Source: a virus
Direction: 5' to 3' (one strand)
Length of the DNA stretch: 64,000 bases
Virus record (IMG/VR): IMGVR_UViG_3300011115_000879
Coordinates: 32,001-96,000 of that record
Positions 1-9,635 of the stretch are shown piece by piece (within the stretch, counting starts at the first letter, position 1; every line of letters starts with the position of its first letter). The translations under genes and the position numbers were made by a program. The notes below the pieces were generated by a model that searched no databases, was not told the DNA's origin, and saw only the letters and a list, made by a program, of their open reading frames with translations.

Positions 1-136
1 CTTCATCAGAATTATCAAGTTTCATAGCATTATTAGATTCAGCAAACCATATTGTTAATAATATGAGTAGAGAACTTGCCTATAGACTTCAAGAAGAAGG
101 TGGAGCAATACTTATGACTAAGAAAAAGAAAAAATA

Positions 137-913
137 ATGAAAATAGTTGCAATCAGTGATACACACAATAGACATAAACATCTAACATCAGTTGGAATGG
201 GAAATATACTCCCTGATGGTGATTTACTAATTCACGGAGGTGACTTTAGTGGTATGGGACATAAAGGTGAAGTAGAATCATTCTTAAAATGGTTAGTTCA
301 ACAAGCACCTCGTTACACACATGGTATTGTATTCATAGCAGGTAATCACGATATATCATTTGATCCTAAATATGGTGAGTATGATATACAAGATGAATTA
401 GGAATAGGACCTAAACAGAAACCGCTTTGGCTTAGAGGACTGTTAGCAACATTACCAAGTAATGTTCGTTACTTAGAAAATAGTGATGTAACGATTGATG
501 GAGTTAAAATATGGGGTTCACCTATTACACCTTGGTTCAATGGTGATAAATGGGGATTCAATAGACATAGAGGTGATGATTTAGTAGAGGTATGGAAACA
601 AATACCAATGGACGCTGATGTAGTTGTAACACATAGTCCAGCAGCATATAAGCTAGATTATGTACCTCGCAATGCTGAGTATACAGGATGTGAAGGATTA
701 AGATATCGACTTGGAGAAGTAAAACCACTAATTCATATCTGTGGTCACATTCATGAAGCGTACGGATACGACTATGATTATACTGAGTCTGAAACGAGTA
801 TAAATTATTTCAATGCTAGTATCTGTAATCACCAGTACGAACCTGTGAATAAACCATGGGAGATTGAGGCTGACTTTAATCTAAGAAAAATAAGCGGTAA
901 TTTTATTTTATAA
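137..913 (+). CDS. Calcineurin-like metallophosphoesterase (MPPED-like)
   Basis: Motifs SDTH, GGDF, GNHD, VTH and GHIHE in canonical order. Confidence 0.9.
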   Translation: MKIVAISDTHNRHKHLTSVGMGNILPDGDLLIHGGDFSGMGHKGEVESFLKWLVQQAPRYTHGIVFIAGNHDISFDPKYGEYDIQDELGIGPKQKPLWLRGLLATLPSNVRYLENSDVTIDGVKIWGSPITPWFNGDKWGFNRHRGDDLVEVWKQIPMDADVVVTHSPAAYKLDYVPRNAEYTGCEGLRYRLGEVKPLIHICGHIHEAYGYDYDYTESETSINYFNASICNHQYEPVNKPWEIEADFNLRKISGNFIL

Positions 914-914
914 T

Positions 915-1103
915 ATGGTAAAGTTATATTCTAAATCAATAGATGTAACGTCTAAGCTACTAAATCTGTGTGTTAAATTACGATTGTGGAAGGCAGCTAG
1001 AATTATATTAGATTTAAGAAAAAAACACATAGTTATTAAGTTAAGAAAAAAATTAAGTTATGAAAAAACAAACACAACAAGAAATGATCGATGGTATTAT
1101 TGA
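915..1103 (+). CDS. Hypothetical protein
   Basis: ORF follows upstream gene closely; overlaps the next gene. Confidence 0.4.
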   Translation: MVKLYSKSIDVTSKLLNLCVKLRLWKAARIILDLRKKHIVIKLRKKLSYEKTNTTRNDRWYY

Positions 1104-1392
1104 TCATTTTGATTTTAATAGAGTTATGACAGCAATGGATGCTCTGAATTGGAGATGGAGTGGAATGAAAGACACACCGACTAAACAAGAACTAATAGAT
1201 AGTGCCTCAGAAAGATTACATAGCGCTATTGAACAGGTTCTTAGTCCTGATAATAAAGAACATAGAGATATTGGTTGGATTAGCGCTAGTGGTGGTTTTC
1301 AAGCTCGAGCTTGGAAAACTAAAAAGAATAACTTAGCAAAGCTTAAATTAGAATTCATAGTATCAGAATGGGATGAAGAAAGAGATTATTAA
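1060..1392 (+). CDS. Hypothetical phage protein
   Basis: ORF with AAAAATTAAGTTATG-type leader. Confidence 0.75.
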   Translation: MKKQTQQEMIDGIIDHFDFNRVMTAMDALNWRWSGMKDTPTKQELIDSASERLHSAIEQVLSPDNKEHRDIGWISASGGFQARAWKTKKNNLAKLKLEFIVSEWDEERDY

Positions 1393-1409
1393 TACTTAAA
1401 ATAAAATAA

Positions 1410-1805
1410 ATGAAAAAATTACTATTAACAGTACTAACCTGTTTTACATTATCATTAGTAACAAACGCTCAATCATTTGTTGGACATTATATTAATGTTA
1501 TCAAAAGAAACAAAGTAACTAATAAATTAGGAGAATGGGAAGAAACTAATTTAAATGTTATATTTAGTGGCAATGCTAAAGGGGATATAATATTCTATTA
1601 TCCTTCAGGTGAAGTAGAACGCTATTATAAAATAACAGATATATTCCATGGTACTACAGTCAATAATCTCAAATATAGATACATTACTACCGTTAATGAA
1701 AAAAAAGATACAGTTATGATGCAACTATATAATAATGGAGTATTTAGAGTACACTATAGTAAATATATCTTAGAGTATCATAGTGACTATAGTGAAGATA
1801 ATTAA
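1410..1805 (+). CDS. Secreted protein with signal peptide
   Basis: MKK, hydrophobic stretch, then NAQ cleavage-like site typical of Bacteroidota exported proteins. Confidence 0.7.
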   Translation: MKKLLLTVLTCFTLSLVTNAQSFVGHYINVIKRNKVTNKLGEWEETNLNVIFSGNAKGDIIFYYPSGEVERYYKITDIFHGTTVNNLKYRYITTVNEKKDTVMMQLYNNGVFRVHYSKYILEYHSDYSEDN

Positions 1806-1836
1806 AATGGCAAAATAACTTTTGTATATTTAGTGT

Positions 1837-2022
1837 ATGTTAAAAGCAATAATTAAATGGAATAGTGGTCACTTGGCTCTATTATGTTCAAGTTGTAGAA
1901 AAATTATTAAGGTTGGATATGAATTCACTGAAGAAGAATCTTTATTCGCTGGAGGTAAAGGTCATCTAGATCCACAACATTGTGATGAATGTATTAATAA
2001 ACTAAAACAATTAGAGTTATGA
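1837..2022 (+). CDS. Small zinc-ribbon protein
   Basis: CSSC..HCDEC; ATG 4 nt after promoter box. Confidence 0.7.
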   Translation: MLKAIIKWNSGHLALLCSSCRKIIKVGYEFTEEESLFAGGKGHLDPQHCDECINKLKQLEL

Positions 2023-2348
2023 GTGGAGGACATTTTGATTATAACCAACATAGAATTGGTTACATAGCAGATGAAATTAAAGAACAGATTGAAAGGAACG
2101 GTAGACCAAAGACGAGAGAGGAAATGAAAGATGAAGGATGGCGTGATGAAAATTGGTATGTAAAGTATCCTGAAGATCTAAACTGGCCAAAATTTTCTCC
2201 TGAGGTATTAGATAAGTTTAAAGAAGCTCTCTATTATCTAGAACGAGCACAAATATATGCTCAAAGAGTAGATTATTATCTATCAGGAGATGATGGTGAA
2301 GAATCATTCCTAAGTAGATTAGAAGAAGATTTAAGTAAACTAAAATAA
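2019..2348 (+). CDS. Conserved-looking hypothetical phage protein (MSGGHFDY...LSGDDGEE)
   Basis: ATGA-coupled ORF. Confidence 0.75.
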   Translation: MSGGHFDYNQHRIGYIADEIKEQIERNGRPKTREEMKDEGWRDENWYVKYPEDLNWPKFSPEVLDKFKEALYYLERAQIYAQRVDYYLSGDDGEESFLSRLEEDLSKLK

Positions 2349-2353
2349 TATTT

Positions 2354-2581
2354 ATGACTGTACAAGAACTAATAGAAAAGCTACAAACAGTAGATCAAAC
2401 AGCTAGTGTATTTGTTGGTGGATATGAAGGTGGTCTTCATGACATTAAACCAACATTCTTTGTTGAGGATGTTAGGTTAAATATAAATGATGAAAGTCAA
2501 TGGTATTATGGTCCACATGAATTAGATAGAACATATGATGAATCCACTAATGAATTAGTAAAAGGTATTATAATAAGTTAA
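2354..2581 (+). CDS. Hypothetical protein
   Basis: Tightly packed ORF. Confidence 0.7.
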   Translation: MTVQELIEKLQTVDQTASVFVGGYEGGLHDIKPTFFVEDVRLNINDESQWYYGPHELDRTYDESTNELVKGIIIS

Positions 2582-2591
2582 AATATAAATT

Positions 2592-3026
2592 ATGTCATAT
2601 TCAAGATGGTCGAGTTCAAGATGGTATACGTTCTGGAGAACAGATGGATCTTCCGATTACGGCTTTCCAACAGAGAAGCGTAAACGAGCTCAAGTATTTG
2701 AGATATGTGACTTCCCTAGTTACCAAATAACTTATGGTGAATTAGTAGATAAAGGTGCATATACTGTATTAAGAGAGGTTAAAGCATTCTACTCCAAACC
2801 ACATACTGAAGAAATTAATTCATATAACCAAGATGAATATGAAACTGAATACTCAGATACACTATTTATAGCTAAAAATCCAACTGGACCAGAATTAGTA
2901 GAATTATCAGGTTATATAGCTCAATTTCAAAAAGATGTAGATGAAGCGTTTACTTTAAAAAGTTACTTAAACGACATATGGCACTTAAAAATTAAAAGAA
3001 GTATCATTAATTTATTTAAAAATTAA
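2592..3026 (+). CDS. Hypothetical protein
   Basis: Tightly packed ORF. Confidence 0.7.
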   Translation: MSYSRWSSSRWYTFWRTDGSSDYGFPTEKRKRAQVFEICDFPSYQITYGELVDKGAYTVLREVKAFYSKPHTEEINSYNQDEYETEYSDTLFIAKNPTGPELVELSGYIAQFQKDVDEAFTLKSYLNDIWHLKIKRSIINLFKN

Positions 3027-3034
3027 GTTATAAT

Positions 3035-3223
3035 ATGAAAACAAATTTAAAAGCAGCTGGTATCACATTATTGATTTTATTAATAATTGTAGGATTTATA
3101 TATGGTTTACTATTCTATACAAGCATAATGGTTCCAATTGGGATGTGTATATCGGGAGCGGTTATTGTGGTATGTATCTTTAATATGGTAAAACTTACTT
3201 TACTTAATGATCGGCAAGATTAA
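3035..3223 (+). CDS. Small membrane protein (2 TM)
   Basis: Two hydrophobic segments. Confidence 0.65.
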   Translation: MKTNLKAAGITLLILLIIVGFIYGLLFYTSIMVPIGMCISGAVIVVCIFNMVKLTLLNDRQD

Positions 3224-3239
3224 TTTTGTATATTCAATT

Positions 3240-3449
3240 ATGAAAAAAAGTAAAAAAGAACCACTTGAACGTAAATGGTTTATTGTTATGAATTCACAAT
3301 TAGAATATTTTGCTGGGTTATTATATGGTGGGCAAATAGTATGGTCTAGAGACTATGATGATGCTAAACCATTAGATTTAGAATCAAAATTCATTACTTT
3401 AAAGAGTATGAGTTATGGCGAAGAACTTATCTTAGATTACATAAAATAA
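3240..3449 (+). CDS. Hypothetical protein (start moved to ATG after promoter box)
   Basis: Cassette at 3213 lies inside the longer ORF call; ATG at 3240. Confidence 0.65.
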   Translation: MKKSKKEPLERKWFIVMNSQLEYFAGLLYGGQIVWSRDYDDAKPLDLESKFITLKSMSYGEELILDYIK

Positions 3450-3454
3450 AAGTT

Positions 3455-3667
3455 ATGACACCAGTTTATCCAAAAGAACATCCTGAACGTAGACAAGAAG
3501 TACTAAATAAGTTCTATAAGCAAGTTAGAGAAACAAGATGGGATACACCTGAAGAGAAACCTATCTCCCTTCGTGGTCGTAAGCCTAAAAAGATAGAATT
3601 ACCTGTAATCAATCAATTACCTCAAACTAAAAGTACTAAAATCAAAGATAGATATAATTGGTTATAA
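3455..3667 (+). CDS. Basic hypothetical protein with RGRKP motif
   Basis: ORF translation. Confidence 0.65.
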   Translation: MTPVYPKEHPERRQEVLNKFYKQVRETRWDTPEEKPISLRGRKPKKIELPVINQLPQTKSTKIKDRYNWL

Positions 3668-3713
3668 AAGGCAAGACTAATTTTGTATATTCAATTAAAT
3701 AAAAAATAAAGCT

Positions 3714-3950
3714 ATGAATATTAACGTTGATATTGATATAGAGGATATGTTATATGAAATGTCTAAAAGGGAAAAACAGCAACTAGCAGATGATCTCTAT
3801 AACGATGGATATATACCTAAGCCATTTCAAAATGAAGCACATAGATACACAGACGATTTTAGTGATGCTTGTAGAAAACTAATAGGTCAAGCTTGGCGAT
3901 TAACTAGAGAAGAAGAAGAATATATTATTAACATATCAAAACGATTTTAA
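3714..3950 (+). CDS. Hypothetical protein
   Basis: Follows cassette at 3670. Confidence 0.7.
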   Translation: MNINVDIDIEDMLYEMSKREKQQLADDLYNDGYIPKPFQNEAHRYTDDFSDACRKLIGQAWRLTREEEEYIINISKRF

Positions 3951-3951
3951 T

Positions 3952-4068
3952 ATGGGACAAGGTAAACGAAAGGATCAAATAGATTCAAGTGAACGAATAG
4001 CTGATATTTGTATTATAGTTTGTGGTGTATCACTACTTATAGCTATACTAATTAACTTATTAAAATAG
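3952..4068 (+). CDS. 38-aa membrane peptide (not in ORF track)
   Basis: MGQGKRK...ICIIVCGVSLLIAILINLLK; fills the gap exactly. Confidence 0.55.
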   Translation: MGQGKRKDQIDSSERIADICIIVCGVSLLIAILINLLK

Positions 4069-4108
4069 GCAAAGTAAAAATTGTATATTTATTTCAAATA
4101 AAAAAATT

Positions 4109-4315
4109 ATGACTACTAATAATAATAATAACTTACAATTGAAATGGGATTGTTTGATGATTGAAAGAATGGTTAATGATTTAGTGTTAAAAGGTATACA
4201 TAAGAATGAAGATTTAGTTGCTGCTGTAGATGAATTCTATCCACCAACTACTGAATTTGAAATGGAACACTACTCAGAAGCTATTATTTATGCTAAATTA
4301 TCATTATTAAATTAG
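4109..4315 (+). CDS. Hypothetical protein
   Basis: Follows cassette at 4068. Confidence 0.7.
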   Translation: MTTNNNNNLQLKWDCLMIERMVNDLVLKGIHKNEDLVAAVDEFYPPTTEFEMEHYSEAIIYAKLSLLN

Positions 4316-4574
4316 GCAAAATAAAAATCGTACATTCACCTCGAACCAAAAATAAAATAAAATATGGCTATTCAAACGAAAGATCAAGCGCAAGGTAAAG
4401 TAGATAAGAAATTAGACAGAGTATTGAATAAGCCTAAAAAGATTGTTCCATTGATGGAACGTAATTTTAACGATTTAGCTACATTGGAAGAACAATTTGA
4501 GTGGTTAAAACGTAAGCAACGCCAAAAAGATAGGGAGGCAAAATAAAAATCGTACATTCACCTCGAACCAAAAA
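4314..4574 (+). repeat. Exact 39-bp direct repeat flanking one gene
   Basis: AGGCAAAATAAAAATCGTACATTCACCTCGAACCAAAAA at 4314 and 4536. Confidence 0.9.
4364..4546 (+). CDS. Hypothetical protein
   Basis: Lies between the two identical cassettes. Confidence 0.7.
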   Translation: MAIQTKDQAQGKVDKKLDRVLNKPKKIVPLMERNFNDLATLEEQFEWLKRKQRQKDREAK

Positions 4575-4584
4575 ATAATAAGTT

Positions 4585-5376
4585 ATGTCAAACGAATTAA
4601 ATTCAACCGCAGTAATGTCTAACAACAGTTATTCATTAGATCAAATCAAGTCAATAGCTCCATCAGTGTTTACTGTTGATAAAGCTGCTCATTTAACGGA
4701 TAAGTATATCCAAACTCCAACATCCCGTGTTGTAGAGGATTTAATGGCTTTAGGATGGCAAGTAACTAAAGCACAAGAAGTTAAAGCACGTAAAGGTAAA
4801 GGATTCCAAAAACATATGGTTGTGTTTCGCAACCCAGATATTATGATTAAGGGTAAAGGTGGTGATGATTCATTCCCACAAATTATATTAACTAATAGTC
4901 ATGATGGTAAAGCAGCATTTAATTTTAGGGTAGGTATTTTCAGATTAATCTGCAGTAACGGTTTAGTTATTAGTGATGCTGATTTTAATAATGTATCTAT
5001 TCGTCATATTAATTATACATTTGAGACATTACAAACTAAAATTGGTGAAGTAATTACTAAATTACCTGGTTTAGTTGCTAAAATTAATTTATTCAAATCA
5101 ACTCAATTAAGTGAGACAGCAATGGCTGAATTTGCTATTAAAGCCGCTTCATTACGTACTAAACAAAGTACAAATGTAGTAGAATTATTAAGAGCAGAAC
5201 GTGACTTAGATAGAGGTAATGATCTATGGACTGTATTTAATCGTGTTCAAGAGAAAATAATTAGCGGTGGGTTTGGTTATGGTAGGAAAAATCGTAAGGC
5301 AAGGTCAATTAAAAACTTTCAACAAGATATTAAGTTGAATGAAGAATTATTTGAATTAGCCGAGACTTATCTATAG
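4585..5376 (+). CDS. DUF932/DUF945-family protein
   Basis: NSHDG, FRLICSNG and LWTVFNRVQE motifs. Confidence 0.85.
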   Translation: MSNELNSTAVMSNNSYSLDQIKSIAPSVFTVDKAAHLTDKYIQTPTSRVVEDLMALGWQVTKAQEVKARKGKGFQKHMVVFRNPDIMIKGKGGDDSFPQIILTNSHDGKAAFNFRVGIFRLICSNGLVISDADFNNVSIRHINYTFETLQTKIGEVITKLPGLVAKINLFKSTQLSETAMAEFAIKAASLRTKQSTNVVELLRAERDLDRGNDLWTVFNRVQEKIISGGFGYGRKNRKARSIKNFQQDIKLNEELFELAETYL

Positions 5377-5382
5377 TAAAAT

Positions 5383-5415
5383 AAGGGGGATGGCAACGTC
5401 CCCCTTTTACATTTA
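5383..5415 (+). terminator. Hairpin terminator overlapping promoter cassette
   Basis: AAGGGGGATG-GCAA-CGTCCCCCTT then T-run and TACATTTA. Confidence 0.75.
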
Positions 5416-5433
5416 ATCAAACAAAAATAAGTT

Positions 5434-5976
5434 ATGAAAAAAGTATTAGTAATTCATCCAAACGACAGTAGTACCGATTTTTTAAAACCGATATACGCTA
5501 ATATACCTAACGCTACTGTTATTAGAGGTGGGATGACTAGAGCTGATGTGGATCAAGAAATTATCAAGCATGATCGTATTATAATGTTAGGACATGGTTC
5601 ACCAGGTGGTTTATTTTCTATAGGTGAATTTGAAGGTAGTTATGGATTTATTATCAGTCATGGTACAGCAGATTTACTAAGAGATAAAGAATGTATATTC
5701 ATTTGGTGTAATGCAGATAAATTTGTTAAGGAACATAACCTAAAAGGTTTATATAGCGGGATGTTTATTAGCGAAGTTGGTGAAGCGTTTTATTGTGAAA
5801 CACCAGCATCACAAGAAGTAGTAACTGAATCGAATGATTATTTTGCTAATGAATTAGGTAAAGTAAGTAATTTAGATTTAAACGAAATACATAATTACAT
5901 CAAAACCAATTACGGTATATTAGCTGAGAGTAATGATGTAGCAAATTACAATAACAATAGAATATATTTAGTATGA
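5434..5976 (+). CDS. Hypothetical protein, possible caspase/CHAT-like fold
   Basis: hhhhGHG..hhhhWC pattern. Confidence 0.55.
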   Translation: MKKVLVIHPNDSSTDFLKPIYANIPNATVIRGGMTRADVDQEIIKHDRIIMLGHGSPGGLFSIGEFEGSYGFIISHGTADLLRDKECIFIWCNADKFVKEHNLKGLYSGMFISEVGEAFYCETPASQEVVTESNDYFANELGKVSNLDLNEIHNYIKTNYGILAESNDVANYNNNRIYLV

Positions 5977-6233
5977 TAATAACATTAATAGTTGTTTTAT
6001 TTGTAATAATTCTAGGAATGGGACGTCATATTAAGAAGATAACAGATCAATTAGAATTATTAGATAGAGAACAACATGATCAAAATAAAGAAATAGCAAT
6101 ATTAATGAAAAATCATTTAAGACATCAAGGAATGTTATTACAACATAGTGAAGTATTAATGTATTTAGCTGAACGAGATGAAACATTAAAGAAATATACT
6201 ATAAAATATTCAGGTATAGTAGGAGAAGCATAA
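5973..6233 (+). CDS. Membrane-anchored coiled-coil protein
   Basis: N-terminal TM segment. Confidence 0.65.
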   Translation: MIITLIVVLFVIILGMGRHIKKITDQLELLDREQHDQNKEIAILMKNHLRHQGMLLQHSEVLMYLAERDETLKKYTIKYSGIVGEA

Positions 6234-6264
6234 TTTATCCATATTTATAAAAAACAAAAATCAT

Positions 6265-6435
6265 ATGGCATCAGCACAAACAGAAATGAAAGTAATTAGC
6301 GTATTATTAGAGGAAGCAATGGATAATGGATTAGAAGTAGAAGTTGTATATGCCGCCTTAAAGGCAATGAGAGAAGATGATGCTATTACACCAGCACAAG
6401 CGTTTCAGGTTGGTATGGATGAATGGGTTAAGTAA
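6265..6435 (+). CDS. 56-aa hypothetical protein (not in ORF track)
   Basis: MASAQTEMKVISVLLEE...; preceded by ATATTTAT at 6241. Confidence 0.65.
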   Translation: MASAQTEMKVISVLLEEAMDNGLEVEVVYAALKAMREDDAITPAQAFQVGMDEWVK

Positions 6436-6518
6436 TCACATAAGCACTCAACATAAAAGATAAAGTGGCTAGGCAAAATTGCCTAGCTATCTTTATGTTA
6501 ACCAAAAAATAAAAAATT

Positions 6519-6710
6519 ATGAGTGTAAGATTAGTGCAAAAAGAAACAACGTACGAAGTAAATTTTAATGGTGATGAATATCAAGTCACAGTAATGGAAG
6601 ATAATATTAGTGTTGGATATACAGTTTATGATGTATTTGATGAGAATGGTGAGTTAGTAGAAGGTGATTTAGAAAGTGCAGTGATTAGTTATTTAGAAGA
6701 AAATAGTTAG
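6519..6710 (+). CDS. Small acidic protein
   Basis: Follows hairpin cassette at 6472. Confidence 0.7.
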   Translation: MSVRLVQKETTYEVNFNGDEYQVTVMEDNISVGYTVYDVFDENGELVEGDLESAVISYLEENS

Positions 6711-6760
6711 GACGGCAAAATAAGAATCGTACATTCACGTTAACCAAAAAATAATAAGTT

Positions 6761-7591
6761 ATGAACCAAGAAAGTAAAAAAAGAGGTCGTCCGTCAAAAG
6801 TACAGAACGTTACCTATGTCCCGTCATTAATTGACTTTTCAAACATTACAAAGTTAAATGAACTTAACATTGATAAAAAGATGTTAGAAGTAATGAAAAG
6901 TGGTTTACCTATAGATGAGTTGTTATCTGAAGAAGGTGGTATACCATGTGCTTCAAATTACATGATGATCGGTGATCCAGGAGTAGGTAAAACTACAGTA
7001 TTATTAGATTTATTATCAGCAGTCCAAAACAAAGGTCGTAAATGTTTATTCATAAGCGGCGAAATGGGACGTAAACAAATGTTCAAATATACAGAACGAT
7101 TCAAGCAGTTCGGTATTATACAAACATTATTCATGGCTGATTATATGTCATATAACACTAAAGACACAATTGAACAAGTATTAAATATGGGATGGGATTG
7201 TGTGTTGATTGATAGTGCAGCTGAAATAATCGATGGTGTACGTGATGATAATGGATGGGATAGAAAAACAGCTGAGGCATGGTTCGTTGATATATGCATC
7301 AAGCATAATAAGGGTGAAAATGAAGGTACTAAATTTACATCATTCCTTGCCATCCAACAAGTAACTAAAGCAGGTGAATTTGTAGGTAGTAATAAATTAA
7401 AACATCTATTCGATGCTATGGGTGAAATGAGACGTCAATCCGAGAAAGAAGGCGGAGATACTTATATTACATTTAGTAAGAATAGAAACGGAAATGCAGG
7501 TATTAAATTCAATTATCAATTAAACAACGATTCAATATATTATGGTAAAGTGGTTAAAGAAGAAAATGAAGATGATAGTGAGGCAGAATAA
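6761..7591 (+). CDS. RadA/Sms-like RecA-superfamily ATPase
   Basis: Walker A GDPGVGKT, SGE, VLIDS, QVTKAGEFVG, KNR; N-terminal KKRGRPSK. Confidence 0.85.
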   Translation: MNQESKKRGRPSKVQNVTYVPSLIDFSNITKLNELNIDKKMLEVMKSGLPIDELLSEEGGIPCASNYMMIGDPGVGKTTVLLDLLSAVQNKGRKCLFISGEMGRKQMFKYTERFKQFGIIQTLFMADYMSYNTKDTIEQVLNMGWDCVLIDSAAEIIDGVRDDNGWDRKTAEAWFVDICIKHNKGENEGTKFTSFLAIQQVTKAGEFVGSNKLKHLFDAMGEMRRQSEKEGGDTYITFSKNRNGNAGIKFNYQLNNDSIYYGKVVKEENEDDSEAE

Positions 7592-7628
7592 TAATCGTAC
7601 ATTCACGTTAACCAAAAAATATAAAAAC

Positions 7629-8450
7629 ATGAAAAAAGAATTCAAAGTAGGCGACAAAGTAGTAATTAGTAAAAAATCTAGATTCTATGGAGATCATTAT
7701 TCAAATCCAACAGATGTGGACGGCACAATCACTAAGATTAGAGATGATTATGAAGGTCCTTTTAATGTTTTAGATATTAAAGTAGAATGGGATAATGGAA
7801 TGAAAAATTCATACAGTGAAATTGATTTAGAATTGGCAAAACAACAGTCATACATTCACGATAACCAAAACGATAAAAATATGAATAAAGCATTTAAAGT
7901 AGGTGATAAAGTAATGATTGATAGTAGTTCCGAATACTATAGTGATAACGATACTTCAAATCCAAGAGATGTGGAAGGCACAATTACTGAAATTGAAGGT
8001 GAGGATTGGCTTGGTGGATTGGGTATTATTGTTAAATGGGATAACGGAAAAATAAATGGCTACAATAAAGTAGATTTAAAATTGGCAAAGAAAGAATCGT
8101 ATATTCATGATGAAGAAAAAATTAACCAACCATTAAAACCTAAAGTTATGATTAAAGCAATTACAATTACAGATTTAGATCAAATTAAAGCGTTATGCGA
8201 AGCTATTCCTGGTATTAAATCTCAAGTACAGGATATGTACCCTGAGTTATTTGAAGTACATAAAGCAGGTAATAGATATGTTGATGTGTATGGTACTGAA
8301 TTTATATTAGCAACTGAACAAGGTGCAGTAGCATTAGTTGATTTAGAAACAGGTAAAATAGGTAAAACAGTATATGTTGATGACATTAATGATGTTACAG
8401 AAGATGAAATGGAGTTAGTATATAATGACAAAGAGTATACTTTAGCTTAG
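7629..8450 (+). CDS. Fusion of three cassette genes: two FKVGDKV (SH3/KOW-like) repeats plus a C-terminal domain
   Basis: In-frame ATGs at 7629, 7881 and 8148, each behind its own promoter cassette. Confidence 0.7.
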   Translation: MKKEFKVGDKVVISKKSRFYGDHYSNPTDVDGTITKIRDDYEGPFNVLDIKVEWDNGMKNSYSEIDLELAKQQSYIHDNQNDKNMNKAFKVGDKVMIDSSSEYYSDNDTSNPRDVEGTITEIEGEDWLGGLGIIVKWDNGKINGYNKVDLKLAKKESYIHDEEKINQPLKPKVMIKAITITDLDQIKALCEAIPGIKSQVQDMYPELFEVHKAGNRYVDVYGTEFILATEQGAVALVDLETGKIGKTVYVDDINDVTEDEMELVYNDKEYTLA

Positions 8451-8530
8451 ATATATTATTGGTTAGGTGGGTGCAGAAATGCGTTCGCCTATCTTTATGC
8501 TTGGCACAACTAAAATCGTATATTCACGTT

Positions 8531-8980
8531 ATGGAATTAGAAAAACGAATAGAGCAATACACACCTGTAAAATATAATCCTTATTATTGGTGGCGTCGTT
8601 TCAAACAACGAGAAACAAAACATCCTTATACAATTCTACAAACCAGAATTGAACATGGTGATTTCGAAGTAAGTGATTACCATTGGTGGATGATGTGGGA
8701 AGATAAATTAGAGCAAGACGCTATATCTAAAGAACGTAACGTAGATAAACAACATGAGTTGAGAGGATTATATGGTGAACGTAAACGACGATTAGCAACT
8801 GACTTTGAAAAAGACGAAGCAAAGATTAAATCAGAAATGTATAAAGCATTTAGAATAGAGTTTAGATTAAACGAAACAGAACTAGAAGATAAAATGATTA
8901 AATTCGACGGAACATTAAGTGAATTTTATTATGAATTAAAAAGTAAGCAACAAAATAAGATAGTATCACTCACGCGCTAG
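8531..8980 (+). CDS. Hypothetical protein (start revised)
   Basis: ATG 4 nt after promoter box of cassette 8503. Confidence 0.7.
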   Translation: MELEKRIEQYTPVKYNPYYWWRRFKQRETKHPYTILQTRIEHGDFEVSDYHWWMMWEDKLEQDAISKERNVDKQHELRGLYGERKRRLATDFEKDEAKIKSEMYKAFRIEFRLNETELEDKMIKFDGTLSEFYYELKSKQQNKIVSLTR

Positions 8981-9142
8981 GCAAGACTACGTATATACAT
9001 TCATTCAAAATTAAGTTATGATAATAGCATTAGTAGTATTATTGATCGTTGTAATTGTCAAGTATATTATATTTGAAATTAAAAATCCGGGAATTTAGGC
9101 AAAGTAAATTCATTACATTTAATCAACCAAAACGATAAAAGT

Positions 9143-9352
9143 ATGTATTTAATCAAATTAACACAAGTATCTAAGGCGTTTGTTATTAAAGATACTAATA
9201 CTCGAAGAGAGTATACAGTAACATGGCGTAACTATACACCTAATCCATGGTTTATTGAAGATGAATATGAAGTAGAAATAGATCAGGAAACGGCATTAGG
9301 TGAAGATTTAATAGTGTTAGTACAAGACCAATTTGATGATTGGGCAAAGTAA
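9143..9352 (+). CDS. Hypothetical protein
   Basis: Follows cassette at 9098. Confidence 0.65.
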   Translation: MYLIKLTQVSKAFVIKDTNTRREYTVTWRNYTPNPWFIEDEYEVEIDQETALGEDLIVLVQDQFDDWAK

Positions 9353-9389
9353 TAGTCATATATTCACATTAACGAAATAAAATAATAGT

Positions 9390-9635
9390 ATGGGTAAGAA
9401 GAAGATGAATAATATAATAACTCAGGACGAAACGAATGATTTACTTCAGCGGGTGAGTGACCTGGAATATATGACAACAACATTGATTAGGGATAATATT
9501 GAGTTGGCTCAATTAAGTAGTGCGATGAAATGCTTGGTTGGCATGTATGAATGTGATATTATTGAGCTGCAAGATGCGCGTTTTTTTGCGCGTTTAAAGC
9601 GCTTTTTTGCGCCGCTTTTTGGTGGTATTAAGTAG
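9390..9635 (+). CDS. Hypothetical protein
   Basis: Follows cassette at 9343; 3' end runs into a GCGC/T-tract repeat. Confidence 0.55.
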   Translation: MGKKKMNNIITQDETNDLLQRVSDLEYMTTTLIRDNIELAQLSSAMKCLVGMYECDIIELQDARFFARLKRFFAPLFGGIK

